Shown here: positions 60,678-64,000 of the stretch, in pieces
Numbering within the stretch: the first letter of the stretch is position 1
Layout of the letters: each line of letters opens with the position of its first letter
Assembly (NCBI GenBank): GCA_963752285.1
Contig: CAVVXN010000003.1
Span: 32,001-96,000, forward strand
Reading direction: 5' to 3'
Origin: an uncultured Planctomycetota bacterium
GTDB lineage: Bacteria; Planctomycetota; PLA2; JAEUHO01
Length of the DNA stretch: 64,000 bases
Notes under the pieces: generated by a model
What the model saw: only the letters and a program-made list of their open reading frames with translations
Database searches by the model: none
Told to the model about the DNA's origin: nothing
Made by a program: the position numbers and the translations under genes

Positions 60678-61088
60678 ATGACGCCGGCCCCGTCGGTCCT
60701 GATCGGTCTCGCACCGACGCAGACGGACCTTCGAAGTCGGCTCGTGGGGTGGGTGCGCGAGATGGGGTACGAGCCGTCGGTCGCCGCCGACGGACCTCAG
60801 GCCGTCGCGTGGGCCCACCAGCGGGTCTTCGCCGCGTCCCTGCTGGCGTGTGGGGTCGAGGCGGCGGCCGGCGTCGAGGTATGGCGGTCGGTCCACCCGG
60901 TCCTGGGGAGGCGTCTGGTCCTGATGGTCCGTGACCCCCGCCGGGATCTGTGGTTCGAAGCGCTCGAGGAGGGCGTCGGCGCGGTGTTGCCGATTCCCCC
61001 CGAACAGCCCATGGTCCGGGAGGCGCTCCGCGTCGCGACGGCTCCGAGGCCGAGGTTCGTGGATCGCCCGATCCGACGTCCCATCTGA
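60678..61088 (+). CDS. Degenerate stand-alone receiver-like protein
   Basis: REMGYEPSVAADGPQAV, EALEEGVGAVLPIP fit receiver topology without the acidic pocket or Lys. Confidence 0.55.
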   Translation: MTPAPSVLIGLAPTQTDLRSRLVGWVREMGYEPSVAADGPQAVAWAHQRVFAASLLACGVEAAAGVEVWRSVHPVLGRRLVLMVRDPRRDLWFEALEEGVGAVLPIPPEQPMVREALRVATAPRPRFVDRPIRRPI

Positions 61089-61134
61089 GTTCGCGGGCCT
61101 TCGCGAGAGGCCCGGATAAGGGAGTGCTGGCCCG

Positions 61135-61479
61135 ATGGCGAAGCCGAAGTTGAAGCCGCTGTACGACAAGGTCCTCGTGGAGCGCCTGAAGGCGGAGGAC
61201 AAGACCGCGGGCGGGATCCATCTCCCCGACACCGCGAAGGAGAAGCCGACCGAGGGCCGCGTCATCGCGACCGGCGACGGCCGGCTCACCGACGCGGGCG
61301 AGCGCGTGGCCCCCAGCGTTTCGGCCGGGGACGACGTGCTCTTCGGTTCCTACGCGGGGACCGAGGTGAAGTCCGAGGGCAAGCCGTACCTCATCCTCGA
61401 CGAGAGCGAGATCCTCGCCATCGTCGACGACAAGCCGTGGCACAAGGCGTCCGCCGCGAAGGGCGGGAAGAAGAAGTAA
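61135..61479 (+). CDS. groES: Co-chaperonin GroES
   Basis: [42 protein letters not shown]. Confidence 0.96.
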   Translation: MAKPKLKPLYDKVLVERLKAEDKTAGGIHLPDTAKEKPTEGRVIATGDGRLTDAGERVAPSVSAGDDVLFGSYAGTEVKSEGKPYLILDESEILAIVDDKPWHKASAAKGGKKK

Positions 61480-61511
61480 GGCCGTCGGGCCGAGCAACTG
61501 GAGAGCCTCGA

Positions 61512-63188
61512 ATGAGCGCCAAGCAGATCGTCTACAACCAGGACGCCCGCGAGCGGATCCGTTCCGGCGTGCGTCAGCTCGCGCGAGCGGTCAAGGTCAC
61601 CCTCGGCCCGCGCGGCCGCAACGTCGTGATCCAGAAGTCCTTCGGCAGCCCGACCGTCACCAAGGACGGCGTCACGGTGGCGAAGGAGGTCGAGATCAAG
61701 GACCCCTACGAGAACATCGGGGCCCAGATGGTGAAGGAGGTCGCGTCCAAGACCTCGGACGTGGCCGGCGACGGCACCACGACCGCCACCGTCCTCGCGG
61801 AGGCGATCTTCGAGGAGGGCCTCAAGAACGTGGCCGCGGGCGCCAGCCCCATCGGGATCAAGAACGGCATCCACGCCGCCGTCGAGGCCGTCACGGCTCA
61901 GCTGAAGAAGATGAGCACGCCGGTCAAGGGCAGCAAGGAGATCGCGCAGATCGGTGCGATCGCCGCCAACAACGACATGAAGATCGGCGAGCAGATCGCG
62001 CAGGCGATGGACCGCGTCGGCAAGGACGGCGTGATCACCGTCGAAGAGGGCAAGGGCCTCGAGGACGAGGTCGAGTGGGTCGAGGGGATGCAGTTCGACA
62101 AGGGCTACCTCTCGCCGCACTTCATCACGAAGCCCGAGGACATGACGTGCGAGCTGTCGGACGCGTACGTGCTCGTCCACGAGAAGAAGCTGTCGTCGGT
62201 GAAGGACCTCCTGCCCCTGCTCGAGAAGGTCGCGAAGAGCGGGAAGGCCCTGCTCGTGGTGGCCGAGGACGTCGAGGGCGAGGCCCTCGCGACGCTCGTC
62301 GTGAACCGGCTGCGCGGCACGTTCCAGTGCTGCGCGGTGAAGGCGCCCGGCTTCGGCGACCGCCGCAAGGCCATGCTCCAGGACATCGCGGCGCTCACGG
62401 GCGCCACGCCGGTCATGGAGGACCTGGGCATCGACGTGCAGAACCTCGACCTGAAGGACCTCGGCTCCGCGAAGCGGATCGCGGTGGACAAGGAGACCAC
62501 GACCCTGATCGAGGGTGGTGGCAAGCGCGAAGACATCCGCGCCCGCATCGAGCAGATCAAGTCCGAGCTCGACAAGACGACGTCGGACTACGATCGTGAG
62601 AAGCTCGAGGAGCGCCTCGCGAAGCTCGCCGGCGGCGTGGCCCAGATCAACGTGGGGGCGGCGACCGAGGCCGAGATGAAGGAGCGCAAGGCGCGCGTCG
62701 AGGACGCGCTCCACGCGACCCGCGCAGCCGTCGAAGAGGGCGTCCTCCCCGGCGGCGGCGTCGCCCTGCTGCGCTGCCAGGCGGTCCTCGACGGGCTCAC
62801 CAAGAAGGCCGACGGCGACGAGCAGATCGGCATCCAGATCGTGCGCCGCGCGCTGGAGGCGCCGCTGCGCCAGATCGCCGCGAACGCCGGCGTGGACGGC
62901 TCGATCGTCGTGCAGAAGGTGCGCGAGGCCAAGGCCAACGAGTACGGCTACAACGCCGCGACCGACACGTACGAGGACCTGACCGCCGCCGGCGTGATCG
63001 ACCCGACGAAGGTCGTGCGCACCGCGTTGCAGAACGCGGCATCCATCTCGACCCTCCTCCTCACGACGGAGGCCGTGATCTCGGAGCTCCCGGAGGAGAA
63101 GAAGAAGGCCCCGGCCGGCGCCGGCGGCATGGGCGGGATGGGGGGCATGGGCGGTATGGGTGGCATGGGGGGCATGGGCGGCTTCTGA
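61512..63188 (+). CDS. groEL: Chaperonin GroEL
   Basis: [28 protein letters not shown], (GGM)n tail. Confidence 0.98.
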   Translation: MSAKQIVYNQDARERIRSGVRQLARAVKVTLGPRGRNVVIQKSFGSPTVTKDGVTVAKEVEIKDPYENIGAQMVKEVASKTSDVAGDGTTTATVLAEAIFEEGLKNVAAGASPIGIKNGIHAAVEAVTAQLKKMSTPVKGSKEIAQIGAIAANNDMKIGEQIAQAMDRVGKDGVITVEEGKGLEDEVEWVEGMQFDKGYLSPHFITKPEDMTCELSDAYVLVHEKKLSSVKDLLPLLEKVAKSGKALLVVAEDVEGEALATLVVNRLRGTFQCCAVKAPGFGDRRKAMLQDIAALTGATPVMEDLGIDVQNLDLKDLGSAKRIAVDKETTTLIEGGGKREDIRARIEQIKSELDKTTSDYDREKLEERLAKLAGGVAQINVGAATEAEMKERKARVEDALHATRAAVEEGVLPGGGVALLRCQAVLDGLTKKADGDEQIGIQIVRRALEAPLRQIAANAGVDGSIVVQKVREAKANEYGYNAATDTYEDLTAAGVIDPTKVVRTALQNAASISTLLLTTEAVISELPEEKKKAPAGAGGMGGMGGMGGMGGMGGMGGF

Positions 63189-63336
63189 GCCCCACGCCCA
63201 CGGACCTTGGCCGCGCGGGCCGTACGACTCCGGGTCGTGCGGCCCGCTCCGTTTCCGGGACGATCGGCGGGAGAGATCGGAACCCGCTTTGCTGACCTGC
63301 CGCGAGGGATCGCGACCAAGGAACGGAGCGAATCCG

Positions 63337-63738
63337 ATGCGCATCGGCACCACCGCACTGTGGCTGGCCCTCTCGGCCCTCCCGTTCGCCGGGCTCACCG
63401 CCTGTGGGGACGAGAGCCCTTCCCTCCGGCGCCTCCAGGAGGACCTCGACAAGGCCTGGCAGGACGCCAAGGCGTGGGGCGTCGAGAAGCGGAAGGAGGC
63501 GGAAGCCCTCTACGACGAGAAGGAGAAGGAGCTCGAGGCGGAGTGGGAGGCGGCGAAGGACCGTGTCCAGCGCTCGGGCAAGGAGAGCTCGGCGAAGGTC
63601 GAGGCGAAGTGGGACCGCGTCCAGCAGAGGCTGGCGGACATGAAGAACGCGTCGAAGGACGCCTGGGCGGAGGCCCGGGACGCGTTCGTGAAGGCCTACG
63701 AGGACTTCCGCGAGACCGTCCGCGAGCACGCCGACTGA
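63337..63738 (+). CDS. Helical coiled-coil lipoprotein
   Basis: Lipobox LTAC; amphipathic helical repeats with Trp. Confidence 0.75.
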   Translation: MRIGTTALWLALSALPFAGLTACGDESPSLRRLQEDLDKAWQDAKAWGVEKRKEAEALYDEKEKELEAEWEAAKDRVQRSGKESSAKVEAKWDRVQQRLADMKNASKDAWAEARDAFVKAYEDFRETVREHAD

Positions 63739-63754
63739 TCCGGGGCGCTCGCCT

Positions 63755-64000
63755 TCAGGAGGCGTTTGCGCGGATCGCGTCGCGGATCTCGGTCAGGAGG
63801 ACCTCCTCGTGCGTCGGCGGCGGCGCGGCCGGCGACTCGGGGGGCGGCGGGGCGAGGAGACGGTTCATCTGCCGGACCAGCACGAAAACGGCGAACGCCA
63901 CGATCAGGAAGTTCAGGACGGCGTTCAGGAACACGCCGTAGTTGATCGTGACGGCGCCGGCGGCCTTCGCGGCCTCCAGCGTGTCGAAGCTCCCGCCCTT
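63755..64000 (-). CDS. mscL: Large-conductance mechanosensitive channel (5' end outside window)
   Basis: [33 protein letters not shown]...[10 protein letters not shown]. Confidence 0.93.
   Translation of the reverse strand, partial: KGGSFDTLEAAKAAGAVTINYGVFLNAVLNFLIVAFAVFVLVRQMNRLLAPPPPESPAAPPPTHEEVLLTEIRDAIRANAS

Noticed and set aside
61089..61134. CIRCE upstream of groES
   Set aside because: No TTAGCACTC-N9-GAGTGCTAA; only a half-site-like GAGTGCTGG overlapping the RBS.
63123..63185. GGCATG repeats
   Set aside because: Ordinary GroEL (GGM)n tail.
63218..63236. Possible fourth copy of the 17786 repeat
   Set aside because: Only about 11 of 12 nt (GGAGTCGTACGG vs GGAGTCATACGG) match; too short to support.

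Overview
A very GC-rich bacterial chromosomal window. Gene content (HEAT plus prenyltransferase-repeat protein, tandem carboxypeptidase-regulatory-like proteins, HExxH DUF1570-like protein, several Ser/Thr kinases) suggests Planctomycetota, which is an inference. About 50 CDSs are supportable, including ligA, groES-groEL, a partial mscL, a HelY/Ski2-like helicase, a FecCD/Btu-type ABC importer, PhoD, an OTR-like octaheme cytochrome c, an RDD-SpoIIM-DUF58-MoxR-DUF4350-DUF4129 cluster and a GT2/HD-GYP/PilZ group, plus one tRNA-Gly(GCC). No transposase, integrase, phage gene or CRISPR-Cas locus was seen. Most notable: (1) an uncharacterised four-gene membrane operon (4659-7759) that looks like two pairs of inverted-topology paralogues, just upstream of the octaheme cytochrome; (2) a structured 90-nt element followed by 11 hairpin-bearing 49/50-bp repeats (10511-11167); (3) an IPT/TIG-kexin-like S8 protease with no N-terminal propeptide, an apparent propeptide/chaperone fused at its C-terminus, and a 1-nt frameshift; (4) two sigma54 promoters sharing a palindrome at the same upstream distance, one driving a tiny Pro/Ser/Thr/Lys-rich ORF opposite a sensor-less enhancer-binding protein. 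Family names come from motif recognition by eye, not database searches.
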